A stretch of DNA of 64,000 bases, from NCBI GenBank assembly GCA_963740315.1, contig CAVUDP010000002.1:3200001-3264000 (forward strand), given 5' to 3'. Both the position numbers and the translations under genes were made by a program. The notes beneath the pieces are model-generated. The model ran no database searches and was not told the origin of the DNA. It was given only the letters and a program-made list of their open reading frames with translations. Origin of the DNA: an uncultured cyanobacterium. GTDB taxonomy: Bacteria > Cyanobacteriota > Cyanobacteriia > Cyanobacteriales > Nostocaceae. Positions 1 through 10,394 of the stretch are shown piece after piece (positions within the stretch are counted from its first letter, which is position 1; every line of letters starts with the position of its first letter).

Positions 1-13
1 GCCGTAACACACC

Positions 14-1786
14 CTACAAATTCTCTTTTCGCCATTTCGCTGACTTTTTACGATTGGTGGGTATTTCTAAAACCCGAATTCCTGTAATCGGCAATGGATT
101 CAATTTATTACTCAACTCTTCCCAAGAAGTAATTAACTCGTGTTTCACGCCGTAAGTTTGACAAAGTTGAGCAAAGTCTATATCTTGTGGGGTTGCAAAT
201 AACTCTTCAAAAGGCGGATCGAATTCTGATATGGGCAGCATTTCAAAGATTCCACCGCCGTTGTTGTTGATTAATACTATTGTTAGATGTCCGATAAACT
301 TGTTTCTAATTAAAAAGCCGTTGGTATCGTGCAGTAATGCCAAGTCACCCGTTAGCATGACGCTGCTTTGTTGACGATGGGCGATTCCTAAAGCAGTTGA
401 TAAAGTTCCATCAATACCGTTTGCACCACGGTTGAAAAATGGTTGAATGCCTAAATTATTCGGTTTCCAGAAAAATTCTACATCCCGCACCGCCATACTA
501 TTGGCGATAAACAAAGGCGTTTGCGGTGGTAAAACTTGAGAAAGTAACCAAGCTGCTTTACCTTCAAATAACTCTGTCTTTTCTGCCAAAGCTGTATCGA
601 TCTTTTCTCTCACCTGCGTTTCCGCATCCAACCACATATCAAGATAAGAATTTATTTTTTCCTCATCCCCTTGTCTCCCCCTCTCCCCATCTCCCCCTCT
701 CCCCATCCCCTTGTCTCCCCATCGAATATCTTCCACATTCATCCGTAAATGAACTACCCTTCCATGCAAAGCATCAAGATTTTGATTTGAGGGTTCAATT
801 ATCCACCGTAGAGGATTATTATTACTTAACCATTTGCGTAATACTTTGCTGGTGGGCATTTCGCCGATTTGAATTACTATTTCTGGGGTTAATTCTGTGG
901 CAAAATCTGGATTTCTTAAAATTGAATCGTAAGTGGAAATAATGTTCTTATTGAGTGAAGCATGATTTCTAACTGGTGATAATCCCTCTGCTAAAACTGG
1001 AAATCTTAACTTTTGGGCAAGTTGCGCGATCGCACTACAATATTTTTGCGATCGTTGTGGCTGAGCAACACCAGCAATGATAATTCCCTTTTTGGTTTTG
1101 AGCCATTCTTGAGGAATAGGTATTTGGCAAGTTATCGAATGTTGATATTTATCCCTAACTGCGGCAAAAAATTCTTCTGAGTTAAAGTTTGATTTTAATG
1201 ATTCTAAAAATGCTGCATTTACATCCGAATCATCTTTAATTGGTGGAAGAGGGTCGCGAAACGGTATATTTAAATGTACTGCCCCAGAAACGGGATAAAG
1301 CGTTTGTTCGTAAGCGTATATCGTCGTTTGGCGCAAATAAGCTAACATTTCCATTGTTGGATGGGGAATTGCTAGCTCTGCTTGCCAGTTAGGATAATTG
1401 CCAAAAAGCTTCAATTGGTCTATCGTTTGTCCGGAATGACAATTACGCAATTCCTGCGGTCGATCGGCAGTTAATAATAGTAGAGGTATGCGACTATAAT
1501 TAGCTTCCACAACTGCGGAATAAAAATTTGCTCCTGCGGTACCAGAAGTGCAGACGACAGCAACAGGTAATCCCGTAGCTTTCGCTCTACCCAAAGCAAA
1601 GAAAGCGGCAGAGCGTTCATCAAGAATCGGAATCACTTCTATATCCGGACATTGAGCAAAAGCAACCGATATAGGAGTCGAACGAGAACCCGGACAAATC
1701 GCAGCACAATTTAAACCCAGTCGTTGCAACGTTTCAGTAAAAATAGAAGCCCAAAGTTCGTTAATATTCCTAAATCCAATCGGCAT
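14..1786 (-). CDS. menD: 2-succinyl-5-enolpyruvyl-6-hydroxy-3-cyclohexene-1-carboxylate synthase (MenD)
   Basis: Motifs CPGSRSTP, DERSAAFFALG, CTSGTA, NRGANGIDG and the ThDP-binding GDLALLHD...NNNGGGIF. Confidence 0.95.
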   Translation of the reverse strand: MPIGFRNINELWASIFTETLQRLGLNCAAICPGSRSTPISVAFAQCPDIEVIPILDERSAAFFALGRAKATGLPVAVVCTSGTAGANFYSAVVEANYSRIPLLLLTADRPQELRNCHSGQTIDQLKLFGNYPNWQAELAIPHPTMEMLAYLRQTTIYAYEQTLYPVSGAVHLNIPFRDPLPPIKDDSDVNAAFLESLKSNFNSEEFFAAVRDKYQHSITCQIPIPQEWLKTKKGIIIAGVAQPQRSQKYCSAIAQLAQKLRFPVLAEGLSPVRNHASLNKNIISTYDSILRNPDFATELTPEIVIQIGEMPTSKVLRKWLSNNNPLRWIIEPSNQNLDALHGRVVHLRMNVEDIRWGDKGMGRGGDGERGRQGDEEKINSYLDMWLDAETQVREKIDTALAEKTELFEGKAAWLLSQVLPPQTPLFIANSMAVRDVEFFWKPNNLGIQPFFNRGANGIDGTLSTALGIAHRQQSSVMLTGDLALLHDTNGFLIRNKFIGHLTIVLINNNGGGIFEMLPISEFDPPFEELFATPQDIDFAQLCQTYGVKHELITSWEELSNKLNPLPITGIRVLEIPTNRKKSAKWRKENL

Positions 1787-1794
1787 GGGAAAGT

Positions 1795-1975
1795 AAGGTT
1801 AAAGGTTAAAGGTTAAAGGTCAAAGGTTAAAGGTTAAAGGTCAAAGGTCAAAGGTCAAAGGTTAAAGGTTAAAATTCCCCTTGTCTCCTTGTCCCCTTGT
1901 CTCCCCATCTCCTTGTCCCCCCATCCCCCCATCCCCCCATCCCCCCATCTCCTTGTCCCCCCATCCCCCTATCCC
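1795..1975. repeat. Heptamer STRR tracts (AAGGTTA/AAGGTCA, then CCCCATC/CCTTGTC)
   Basis: Tandem 7-mers visible in the menD-folB intergenic region. Confidence 0.9.
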
Positions 1976-1984
1976 TTTAATCTC

Positions 1985-2353
1985 ATGGACTGTATCTACT
2001 TAACGGGAATTCGCGCTTACGGTTACACTGGCTATCTACCAGAAGAACAGGTATTAGGACAATGGTTTGAGGTGGATGTGAAGTTATGGCTGGATTTAAG
2101 TACACCCGCTCAAAGCGATGCGATTGAAGATACTATCGATTACCGCAGCGTTATTAGTTTAGTGCAAAATTTGGTGAAAAACTCGAAGTTTGCTTTAGTT
2201 GAACGTCTTGCTGGCTGTATTGCAGATTCTATTTTGCTTTCTAACGATTTAGTAAAGCAAGTAGAAGTTAATTTGAGTAAACCTGCTGCACCAATTCCAG
2301 ATTTTGGCGGCAAAATTACGATTAATCTAATTAGAAATAAGTCTAAAAATTAA
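1985..2353 (+). CDS. folB: Dihydroneopterin aldolase
   Basis: MDCIYLTGIRAYGYTG..EEQVLGQWFEVD, DTIDY, LVERLA, KPAAPI; start moved to the ATG at 1985 because the upstream extension is translated STRR. Confidence 0.93.
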   Translation: MDCIYLTGIRAYGYTGYLPEEQVLGQWFEVDVKLWLDLSTPAQSDAIEDTIDYRSVISLVQNLVKNSKFALVERLAGCIADSILLSNDLVKQVEVNLSKPAAPIPDFGGKITINLIRNKSKN

Positions 2354-3310
2354 AATTTATTAATGCATTGAAGACCATCAGGACTAACTTACTAAAATGC
2401 AGTTGATGTGAAACCTTATGTTGTAACAGCAGCAGGTTCAAGGTCATGGTTTTATCGATTCCGCAAACAAACTTAACTTTTCTCTCTTACCTGAATTAGT
2501 TGAAAAAGTCATCTACCGATTTAGTTATTGATCAATATATGCCTTTCTGCATATTTTCAGATGGAGTTAATTTTGTCTATTATTGCAAGAGAGGAAAAAT
2601 CTTATATCATGTGAATTAACAATATTTAAAACTATATTTTTTTATAGTTTAGATATTGGTATAAACTTTTTTTGGAAATCTTCATATAAATAAAATATTC
2701 AAAAAAAATAAAAAAAACATTCATAATAGCTGATTTGAAAGCGATTAATTGGTATACCACAAGACAATATGCCGTTTTTCTCTCTAAAGGAAGAGTATTA
2801 CAAAGTTTATGTCTTGTGACTCGAATGTATGATGCAAATCTATTTAATATCAGTACATCATGCTGTTGTTTGATAGCTGCTTAGCTGTTAGTTAGGTTGA
2901 ATCGCCAGCCATCAAAAGCTTTCACGGTTGTTTGCTGCTTTTAAGCAAGCCTTGATTGCCCATTGTGTATCATTATCTTAATAGTGATATTTTTTTGATT
3001 TTTTTAAGTAAAAACCGCAACTATTCGTATTTCTAATAAAGATAATAATAGTTAACCATTTTTTTAGAAACCTTTTATACAAAGTATTTTGGAAAAAATT
3101 AATATTTGGCTATAATAATTTGATATTCATGAAATATAACTCAAACCCAGTAATAACAGTAGCTAAGAATAATGACCATAAATTCAATAGACACGATTGT
3201 GAAATAGGAACAATGTGACTTTCGAGATTTATTATTATGGAATTATTGAGATTTTAATTAGGTTAACACGAATAATTTGACCTGAATCTTAACTAGTAGG
3301 TAGAGCTAAC

Positions 3311-3630
3311 ATGAACAGCCCGAAAATCTTAGTTGACAAACATGAAGAAGACTGGAGTTTTAATTTTTTCTCATAGTTTACCTTCATTTTTGGTACACCT
3401 TTAGGGAAATGACTAATTCAATTAAAGAGGCGATCGCAAGAGTTGTAAAAACATTCAAAACATACAATTGATTGATATTTGCTTGACAGCAGACAGACGT
3501 AAATAGCAGATATTAGTCAGAATCATTATTCGATTTTGGTATTACATTCTACAGATAATTCGGAAAAGACGAAAATCATTAATACACCGTTGCCTACCTT
3601 TTCAACCCATTTATCAAAAGAGACTTTCAT
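3311..3630 (+). pseudogene. Degenerate response-regulator receiver (REC) domain remnant upstream of the PAS-GGDEF gene
   Basis: Fragments MNSPKILVD.., KEAIARV.., LIDICL and AYLFNPFIKRDFH(MAIEMAIYK) appear in REC order but are broken by stops and frameshifts. Confidence 0.6.
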
Positions 3631-4593
3631 ATGGCTATCGAAATGGCTATCTACAAGCAAGAAGTACGCAAAGGATTGCAACAGCAAAAGCAAGAATTAG
3701 GTGCGATAATTAACAGCATGGGATGTGGAGTGATTATTACAGATGAAAATACCTGTATAGAAACTATTAATCCAGTAGCAGAAGCACTAACTGGTTGGCG
3801 GAGGTGTGAAGCGATTGGTAAAAACTTATTAGAAGTTTTCCAATTAAAAGATACGGATACGGAAGAAGAAATGGATAATTTAGCCGCACAAGCGATAAAA
3901 ACGGGTAAGGTTTTGAATTTACCAGAAAACTGTAAATTAGTTGCAAAAGATGGAAGAGAAATATCAATTGGAGATACTGTTGCACCCGTGCGCGGTGAAG
4001 ATGGAAAAATATTGGGTGCAGTGTTAGTCTTTCAAGATATTAGTCAACGCAAGAAGACAGAAGCGGAATTGATACGCAATGCTTTTTATGATTCAATAAC
4101 CGGATTGCCCAATCGAGTTTTATTTATTGATAGACTTACCCAGGCTTTTGAACATAGCAAACGCAGAAAGAATTATCGTTTTAGCGTTTTGTTCTTAGAT
4201 TTAGATGGTTTTAAGGGAATCAACGATAAATTTGGACATGGAATGGGCGATAAATTGTTAGTAGATATAAGCCAACTTTTGAAATCTAGTTTGCGTGGTG
4301 GCGATACTGTAGCTAGATTTGGCGGCGATGAATTTGCCATTCTTTTGGAAGATATTAAAGAAGTTACCGATGCTACTAACGTTGCCCTACGCATTCAAGA
4401 GAAGTTAGAAACGCCGTTTGATATTAAAGAGCGCAAGATATTAATTACAGCTAGTATCGGTATCGCTTTAAGTTGTAGGAGTCATGAAGAACCAGCAAAT
4501 CTCTTAGATGATGCAGACAGCGCAATGTACCAAGCTAAAGAACAAGGAAAAGCTCGGTATATAGTATTTAACAGTAAATTGCGATCGGTTTAA
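3631..4593 (+). CDS. PAS/PAC + GGDEF diguanylate cyclase
   Basis: PAS (NPVAEALTGW, VLVFQDISQRK), YDSITGLPNR, LFLDLDGFK, RGGD I-site, intact GGDEF. Confidence 0.92.
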   Translation: MAIEMAIYKQEVRKGLQQQKQELGAIINSMGCGVIITDENTCIETINPVAEALTGWRRCEAIGKNLLEVFQLKDTDTEEEMDNLAAQAIKTGKVLNLPENCKLVAKDGREISIGDTVAPVRGEDGKILGAVLVFQDISQRKKTEAELIRNAFYDSITGLPNRVLFIDRLTQAFEHSKRRKNYRFSVLFLDLDGFKGINDKFGHGMGDKLLVDISQLLKSSLRGGDTVARFGGDEFAILLEDIKEVTDATNVALRIQEKLETPFDIKERKILITASIGIALSCRSHEEPANLLDDADSAMYQAKEQGKARYIVFNSKLRSV

Positions 4594-4998
4594 AGGTTAA
4601 AGGTTAGAGGTAATTAATTAAAAAATCTTTTAGCCTTATGCCTATTTTTACTTTTATTTTTTATTTATGTAGTTGGCGATCGTTATTTATTACTGATAGC
4701 TGTAATAAATAACTTTAATTGAAGCTATATAATACGGGAAATTACCTATATCTATTGCCCGCTACTTTTTATAATAAATCTTTTCACAGTGGTTAATTTA
4801 AAGAAAAATAGCCACTGTGAACTGCGTTTATGGCAAAAGTCCTCTTCTACAACACTATCTCACATCAATGCGCTGCTTTTTATATTCAGAACGTGCATAA
4901 GCTTAAACTGGATGCAACTAGTACAGACGGGCGTTACGAGGGTACCCATATAATAACCGGACATAAGGACCACAAGAAGACAGGCGACGCTACGGTTG

Positions 4999-5063
4999 AG
5001 AAGTCGGGTTTTTAGAATACGTATCTGTAATACACTTACAAATTTGATAAAAACCCGACTTAT
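4999..5063. repeat. Dispersed copy of the RAYT-associated inverted-repeat (REPIN-like) unit
   Basis: AGAAGTCGGGTTTTTA ... TAAAAACCCGACTT, the same arms as those flanking 29018-29587. Confidence 0.8.
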
Positions 5064-5305
5064 GACCATTAAACAATAGATGAATTCAGTGTTTTAAGAT
5101 GCAAACCGTTAAGCATTATCTTGTTTTTAATCGCACGCAGAGCGTATTTGCTTAAAAGAGCGGCTATAATAGCCATACTCAAAATTGAAAATAAAGTTGA
5201 AAAAATTTAATAAATCCAAAGAAATATTAAGCAAAGCCAGACATAGCAAAATAATCGATCGCATAAAATGTGATGTCGATAGCAGTGTTATTTGACTAAC
5301 AATTA

Positions 5306-6619
5306 ATGTTGAATTTACAAGTGATAAACAAATTCAGAAATATATTGCAGAAACTTAAATTTCGAGCAGTTGCGATATTTCTTACTGTTGTGTTTGGGAT
5401 AGTGATTATATCAATAAAACCAGCCCAAACGCAGCAGCCAGTGGTGTTAAATCTGCTGATGACAGCGCCCGATGCCGAACCTTGGAAGCAGGGAATAATC
5501 AAAGATTTTGAAGCGACAAATCCCGGTATTCAGATTAATATTGTTGAAGGACCAAATGCGACAAATTTACTAGAAGATTTGTATACTTCTGCCTTTATTT
5601 TAGGCGATTCTCCTTATGACTTAGTAAATATGGATGTCATTTGGACACCTAAATTTGCTGCTGCTGGTTGGTTGTTGGATTTGACAGATAAAATATCTCA
5701 ACAGGAATTAACAGCATTTTCAGCAAAAGATGTAGAAGGGCGGCGTTACAAAGGTAAACTATACGCTATCCCCATGCGGAGCGATGTGGGAATGCTTTAT
5801 TACCGAGAAGATTTACTCAAAGAAGCCGGATTTAATCCTCCAGAAAGCTTCGATGATTTAATCAAAATATCCCAAACTTTACAAGATAAAACAAAAGTTC
5901 CCTGGGGTTATGTTTGGCAGGGTAAGCAATACGAAGGATTGGCAGCAATGTTTGTGGAAATCCTCGAAGGTTTTGGCGGTTATTGGGTTAATCCTGAAAC
6001 TTTAGAAGTGGGATTAGATTGACCAGAAACATTAGAAGCAATTGAATTTCTCAAAAATACGATTCAACCAACCGAAATTTCTCCTCCTGGAGTGACTACA
6101 TATCAAGAAGAAGAAACCAGGCGAATTTTTCAAAATGGAAATTCAGTTTTCTTAAGAAATTGGCCCTACGTTTGGCCCCTTGCAAACAAAGAATCTTCAC
6201 CCGTTGACGGTAAAATTGCCATCAAACCAATGGTGCATAACAAAAATGGAAGTAGTGGCGCTTGTTTGGGAGGTTGGGCTTTAGGAATATCTAAATCTAG
6301 CAAACATCCCGAAGAAGCTCTTATAGCAATTAAATATTTTACTTCAGAAGAAGCACAGCGAAAATTTGTTTTAGAAGCCGGATTTGTACCGAGTCGGCGA
6401 TCGCTATTTCTCGATCCACAAATTGTTGCTAAATATCCCCATTATCCCCAATTATTAAAAGTCGTAGATAAAGCGGTATTGCGTCCACCCATCGCCCAAT
6501 ACGCTCAAACATCCGATATTTTACAACGCTATCTTTCCGCAGCATTGACTTCGCGAATGACTCCCGAAGCAGCAATGAAGAATGCAGCATCCGAGACTCG
6601 TCAAGTTTTGGGGAGGTAG
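5306..6619 (+). pseudogene. Sugar ABC transporter substrate-binding protein interrupted by one in-frame TGA (6020-6022)
   Basis: ORFs 5306-6022 and 6092-6619 share a frame; the intervening sequence reads GLD*PETLEAIEFLKNTIQPTEISPPGVTTY without a frameshift; carbohydrate SBP motifs MDVIW, LYYREDLL, FLRNWPY. Confidence 0.85.
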
Positions 6620-6846
6620 GGGAGAGGGGGATGGGGAGATGGGGAGATGGGGAGATGGGGGGATGGGGACAAGGAGAGATGGGGACAAGGAGAAATATCA
6701 ATTCCTAACTCTTAACTCCTCAAGGTTACTGAGCAGTTCGACGTAGCTCACTGTAAGACTTGTCGAAGTACTCCTAACTCCTAACTCCTCACTCTTAACT
6801 TATTCCTAGCAACTAACAACTAACAACTAACGACTAACTATTAAGT

Positions 6847-7734
6847 ATGGAAACAATTCGGAGTAGAGAACAGAAAACAGCGTGGATTTTGTTAATACCG
6901 GCAATACTTTTGCTGTTGTTGGTTTTTGGCTATCCTATTGCTCGTGCTTTTTGGTTGAGTTTGTTTACGGAAAATTTGGGAACGCAATTACAGCCGGTTT
7001 TTTCGGGTTTGGATAATTACGGAAGAATGGTGGGTGATGGTCGTTTTTGGCAAAGTTTTCTGGTAACAACTATCTTTACTAGCGCATCGGTAATTTCTGA
7101 ATTGCTATTAGGTTTAATAATAGCTTTGGTATTGAATCAGCAATTTTTTGGACGTGGTTTGGTACGAACTACCGCAATTTTACCTTGGGCTTTACCTACT
7201 GCTTTAATTGGTTTGGCTTGGGCTTGGATTTTTAACGATCAATTTGGAGTAGCGAACGATATTTTACGACGATTGGGTATTATTGAAACTGGTATTAATT
7301 GGTTGGGAGATCCGACTTTAGCAATGCTTTCAGTTATCGTTGCTGATGTGTGGAAAACAACGCCTTTTATCAGTATTTTGCTGTTAGCTGGTTTGCAGTC
7401 AATACCCGCCGATCTATATGAAGCACACTCTATTGATGGAGCGTCACCTTGGCAAAGTTTTCGACAAATAACCCTGCCGCTTTTGATACCACAAATTCTG
7501 ATAGCCGTATTATTTCGCTTTGCCCAAGCATTCGGAATCTTCGATTTAATTGCAGTAATGACGGGTGGTGGTCCTGGAGGTGCGACGGAAGTTGTATCGC
7601 TTTATATTTACTCTACCATCATGCGCTATTTAGATTTTGGTTATGGTGCGGCGTTGGTTGTAGTAACTTTTATGTTGTTAATTTTGGCTGTGGTTATTGC
7701 AAATTTACTACTTCGTATATCTCGCAGTACTTAA
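6847..7734 (+). CDS. Carbohydrate ABC transporter permease
   Basis: Multiple TM segments; EAA-like loop LQSIPADLYEAHSIDGA. Confidence 0.92.
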   Translation: METIRSREQKTAWILLIPAILLLLLVFGYPIARAFWLSLFTENLGTQLQPVFSGLDNYGRMVGDGRFWQSFLVTTIFTSASVISELLLGLIIALVLNQQFFGRGLVRTTAILPWALPTALIGLAWAWIFNDQFGVANDILRRLGIIETGINWLGDPTLAMLSVIVADVWKTTPFISILLLAGLQSIPADLYEAHSIDGASPWQSFRQITLPLLIPQILIAVLFRFAQAFGIFDLIAVMTGGGPGGATEVVSLYIYSTIMRYLDFGYGAALVVVTFMLLILAVVIANLLLRISRST

Positions 7735-7764
7735 TGGGGACTACCGGAGTTAAGAGTTAAGAGT

Positions 7765-7987
7765 TATAGCAATCCTAAATCAGTTGTAAAAAAATTATGC
7801 TTATTTATAAGAATCCGATTTGAATTTTGAATAAATTAGGTATTTGTAGTATTTGTAGGGTGCATTATGGCTTCAGCCTAACGCACCAAGAATAAGACAG
7901 GATGATGCGTTGCGCTCTACGTATTTTCAATAATCAAATAGTAGCCCTATATATCTATAAAGTAAGTAATCATTTAAAACTGCTATA
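7765..7987. mobile_element. MITE-like element with imperfect TIRs containing a GTAG-type REP
   Basis: TATAGCAATCCTAAATCAGTT ... AATCATTTAAAACTGCTATA ends; internal GTAGGGTGCATT..AACGCACC. Confidence 0.5.
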
Positions 7988-8069
7988 GAAGTTATAAATT
8001 TAAATTGATAACTGGTTACTGCTAACTGCTCACTGCTAACTGCTCACTGTTCACTGATTAAAGGTTGAT

Positions 8070-8906
8070 ATGAAAAAAAACTTGGTTAAAACAATACTGC
8101 TGTGGATGGCAATTATTTTTGTAGTTGTATTCAGTTTGGCTCCGGCTTTATGGCAATTATTAACTTCATTTAAGGTGAATGAAGATATTTCACAAATTCG
8201 CACTATTTATTTTCCGACTCGCATTACTTTGAGTCATTACACTGAATTATTTACTCGTCGTCCGTTCTGGCGGTACATCTTAAATAGTGCTTTTGTTTCG
8301 ATTCTTTCTACAGCTTTTGCTTTAGGAATAGGTGCGCCTGCTGCTTATGCTTTGGCGCGTTTGCGTCCGAAGGGTCAAAATATTATTCTTGCTGGTATTT
8401 TGGTTGTGACTTTATTTCCAGGGATTTTATTATTCTTAGGGTTGTTAGAAATTGTTCAGTTTCTGCGTTTGGGTAACAATTATTTAGCGCTGATAATTCC
8501 TTATACTGCAATAAATTTACCGCTGACTATTTTGGTTTTACGCAGCTTTTTTGAGCAATTACCTAAAGATTTGGAAGATTCTGCGAGGGTTGACGGTTAT
8601 AATACCTGGCAAATGCTAACTCAAATAATTTTACCGATGACTCTTCCAGCTTTGGTGACAACGGGAATTCTCACCTTTATTTTTGCATGGAATGAATTTA
8701 TTTTCGCCTTAACATTTATTACCCGCGAAGATATGAAAACAATTCCCGTTGCAGCAGCCCAATTAAGCGGTGCATCAACTTTTGAAATTCCTTACGGTCC
8801 GATCGCTGCTGCCACAGTTTTAGGAACATTACCTTTAGTTTTACTAGTATTGTTCTTCCAACGCAAAATTGTCCAAGGGCTTACCGCAGGAGCAGTTAAG
8901 GGGTGA
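8070..8906 (+). CDS. Carbohydrate ABC transporter permease
   Basis: LPKDLEDSARVDG EAA loop, FIFAWNEF, C-terminal GLTAGAVKG. Confidence 0.92.
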   Translation: MKKNLVKTILLWMAIIFVVVFSLAPALWQLLTSFKVNEDISQIRTIYFPTRITLSHYTELFTRRPFWRYILNSAFVSILSTAFALGIGAPAAYALARLRPKGQNIILAGILVVTLFPGILLFLGLLEIVQFLRLGNNYLALIIPYTAINLPLTILVLRSFFEQLPKDLEDSARVDGYNTWQMLTQIILPMTLPALVTTGILTFIFAWNEFIFALTFITREDMKTIPVAAAQLSGASTFEIPYGPIAAATVLGTLPLVLLVLFFQRKIVQGLTAGAVKG

Positions 8907-9120
8907 GTCAATTTTGGATTTTAGATTTTAGATTTTGGATTACATATTAGAGATAATCAATAAAAACTACCAATGATTTCTTTATTAGATATTGAATAAT
9001 CCAAAATCATGATGTAATCTCCTTAAACTCACCAAAAAAGGCTAAAAAAAATAGTAATCCGAAACTCACAATCTAAAATCTAAAATCTAAAATCTAAAAT
9101 CCAAAATCTAAAATTGAAAG

Positions 9121-10194
9121 ATGGCTAAATTAGAACTTAAAAATTTAAACAAAACCTTTTCTCCGAAAGTTATTCCCGTTAAGGATATTAGTTTATCTGT
9201 TGAGAATAGCGAATTCCTGACATTACTTGGTCCTAGCGGTTGCGGTAAGTCTACAACTCTGAGGATGATTGCAGGTTTGGAAGAGGTGACGCGAGGAAAA
9301 GTATTCTTGGGAAGCGAGGATATCACTTACAAACGCGCTGGCGATCGCAATATGGCGATGGTGTTCCAAAGTTATGCATTATACCCGCACATGACGGTAC
9401 GGGAAAATCTGGCTTCGGGATTAAAGTTAAAAAAAGTACCTAGCGGAGAAATTCAAACAAGGGTTACGGAAGTGGCAGCACTTTTAGGTTTGGAAGACTT
9501 GTTTGGACGCAAACCGGGACAGCTTTCTGGGGGACAAAGACAGCGGGTTGCTGTAGGTAGGGCTTTGGTGCGTAAGGCTGAAGCGTATTTATTGGATGAG
9601 CCTTTGAGCAACCTTGATGCATTATTGCGTGAAAGAGTCCGCGCCGATATCAAGCAGATATTTGCAGCCCAAAAAGCCCCGGTAGTCTATGTTACCCACG
9701 ACCAAACTGAAGCGATGACGCTTTCTTCTCAAGTTGCAGTATTAAATAACGGTTACGTGCAGCAACTTGCACCGCCAGCAGATATTTACAACCATCCCGC
9801 TAATTTATTTGTCGCTGGTTTTGTAGGTAGCCCTCAGATGAATTTGCTTACTCTACTTTGTAAAGGCAACAGCGCTGCGATCGGCGATTTTTCTGTTAAT
9901 ATACCTAAAATTTCCACTTTACCCCCGCAAATTATTTTAGGCATTCGTCCCGAACACGTTCGCGTTGCACTACCGGAAGATACGCAAACCGTGAAAGGGC
10001 GAGTATATTTAGTAGAAAATTTGGGTATGTACAAATTAGTTAGCGTGCGTATTCCCAGTTCTCAAACAGAACCGCTGACTATACGTGCTTTACTACCTCC
10101 CGACCAAAATTGGGATAACGAAGAAATTACCCTGGCTCTACCGTCTGAGAACATCCACTGGTTTGATGTTGAATCGGGGGATGCGTTGCAGTGA
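9121..10194 (+). CDS. Sugar ABC transporter ATP-binding protein (MalK/UgpC family)
   Basis: GPSGCGKST, FQSYALYPH, LSGGQRQR, LLDEPLSNLD, YVTHDQ. Confidence 0.95.
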   Translation: MAKLELKNLNKTFSPKVIPVKDISLSVENSEFLTLLGPSGCGKSTTLRMIAGLEEVTRGKVFLGSEDITYKRAGDRNMAMVFQSYALYPHMTVRENLASGLKLKKVPSGEIQTRVTEVAALLGLEDLFGRKPGQLSGGQRQRVAVGRALVRKAEAYLLDEPLSNLDALLRERVRADIKQIFAAQKAPVVYVTHDQTEAMTLSSQVAVLNNGYVQQLAPPADIYNHPANLFVAGFVGSPQMNLLTLLCKGNSAAIGDFSVNIPKISTLPPQIILGIRPEHVRVALPEDTQTVKGRVYLVENLGMYKLVSVRIPSSQTEPLTIRALLPPDQNWDNEEITLALPSENIHWFDVESGDALQ

Positions 10195-10394
10195 GCAGTT
10201 ATCAGTGAGCAGTTATCAGTTAAAGGTAGACAAGGGGACAAGGAGATGGGGGGATGGGGGGACAAGGGGATGGGGGGATGGGGGAGACAAGGGGAAATTA
10301 ACTCCTAACTCATCACTCTTTTAATCCAAAATCTAAAACTTGTGCTGAGCAGTTCGACGTAGCTCACTGTAAGACTTGCCGAAGTATCCAAAAT

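Noticed and set aside
1889..1984. Pro-rich N-terminal extension of FolB
   Set aside because: It is translated heptamer repeat; the real start is probably 1985.
2354..3310. Hidden gene or ncRNA in the long AT-rich intergenic region
   Set aside because: I could not support any ORF, RNA fold or repeat structure there.
4830..5069. Small overlapping ORFs of 61 and 69 aa
   Set aside because: No recognisable motifs, and both run into the inverted-repeat unit.
6020..6022. Selenocysteine recoding of the TGA
   Set aside because: The position is not a Cys-type catalytic site in a sugar-binding protein, and I saw no convincing SECIS-like hairpin downstream.
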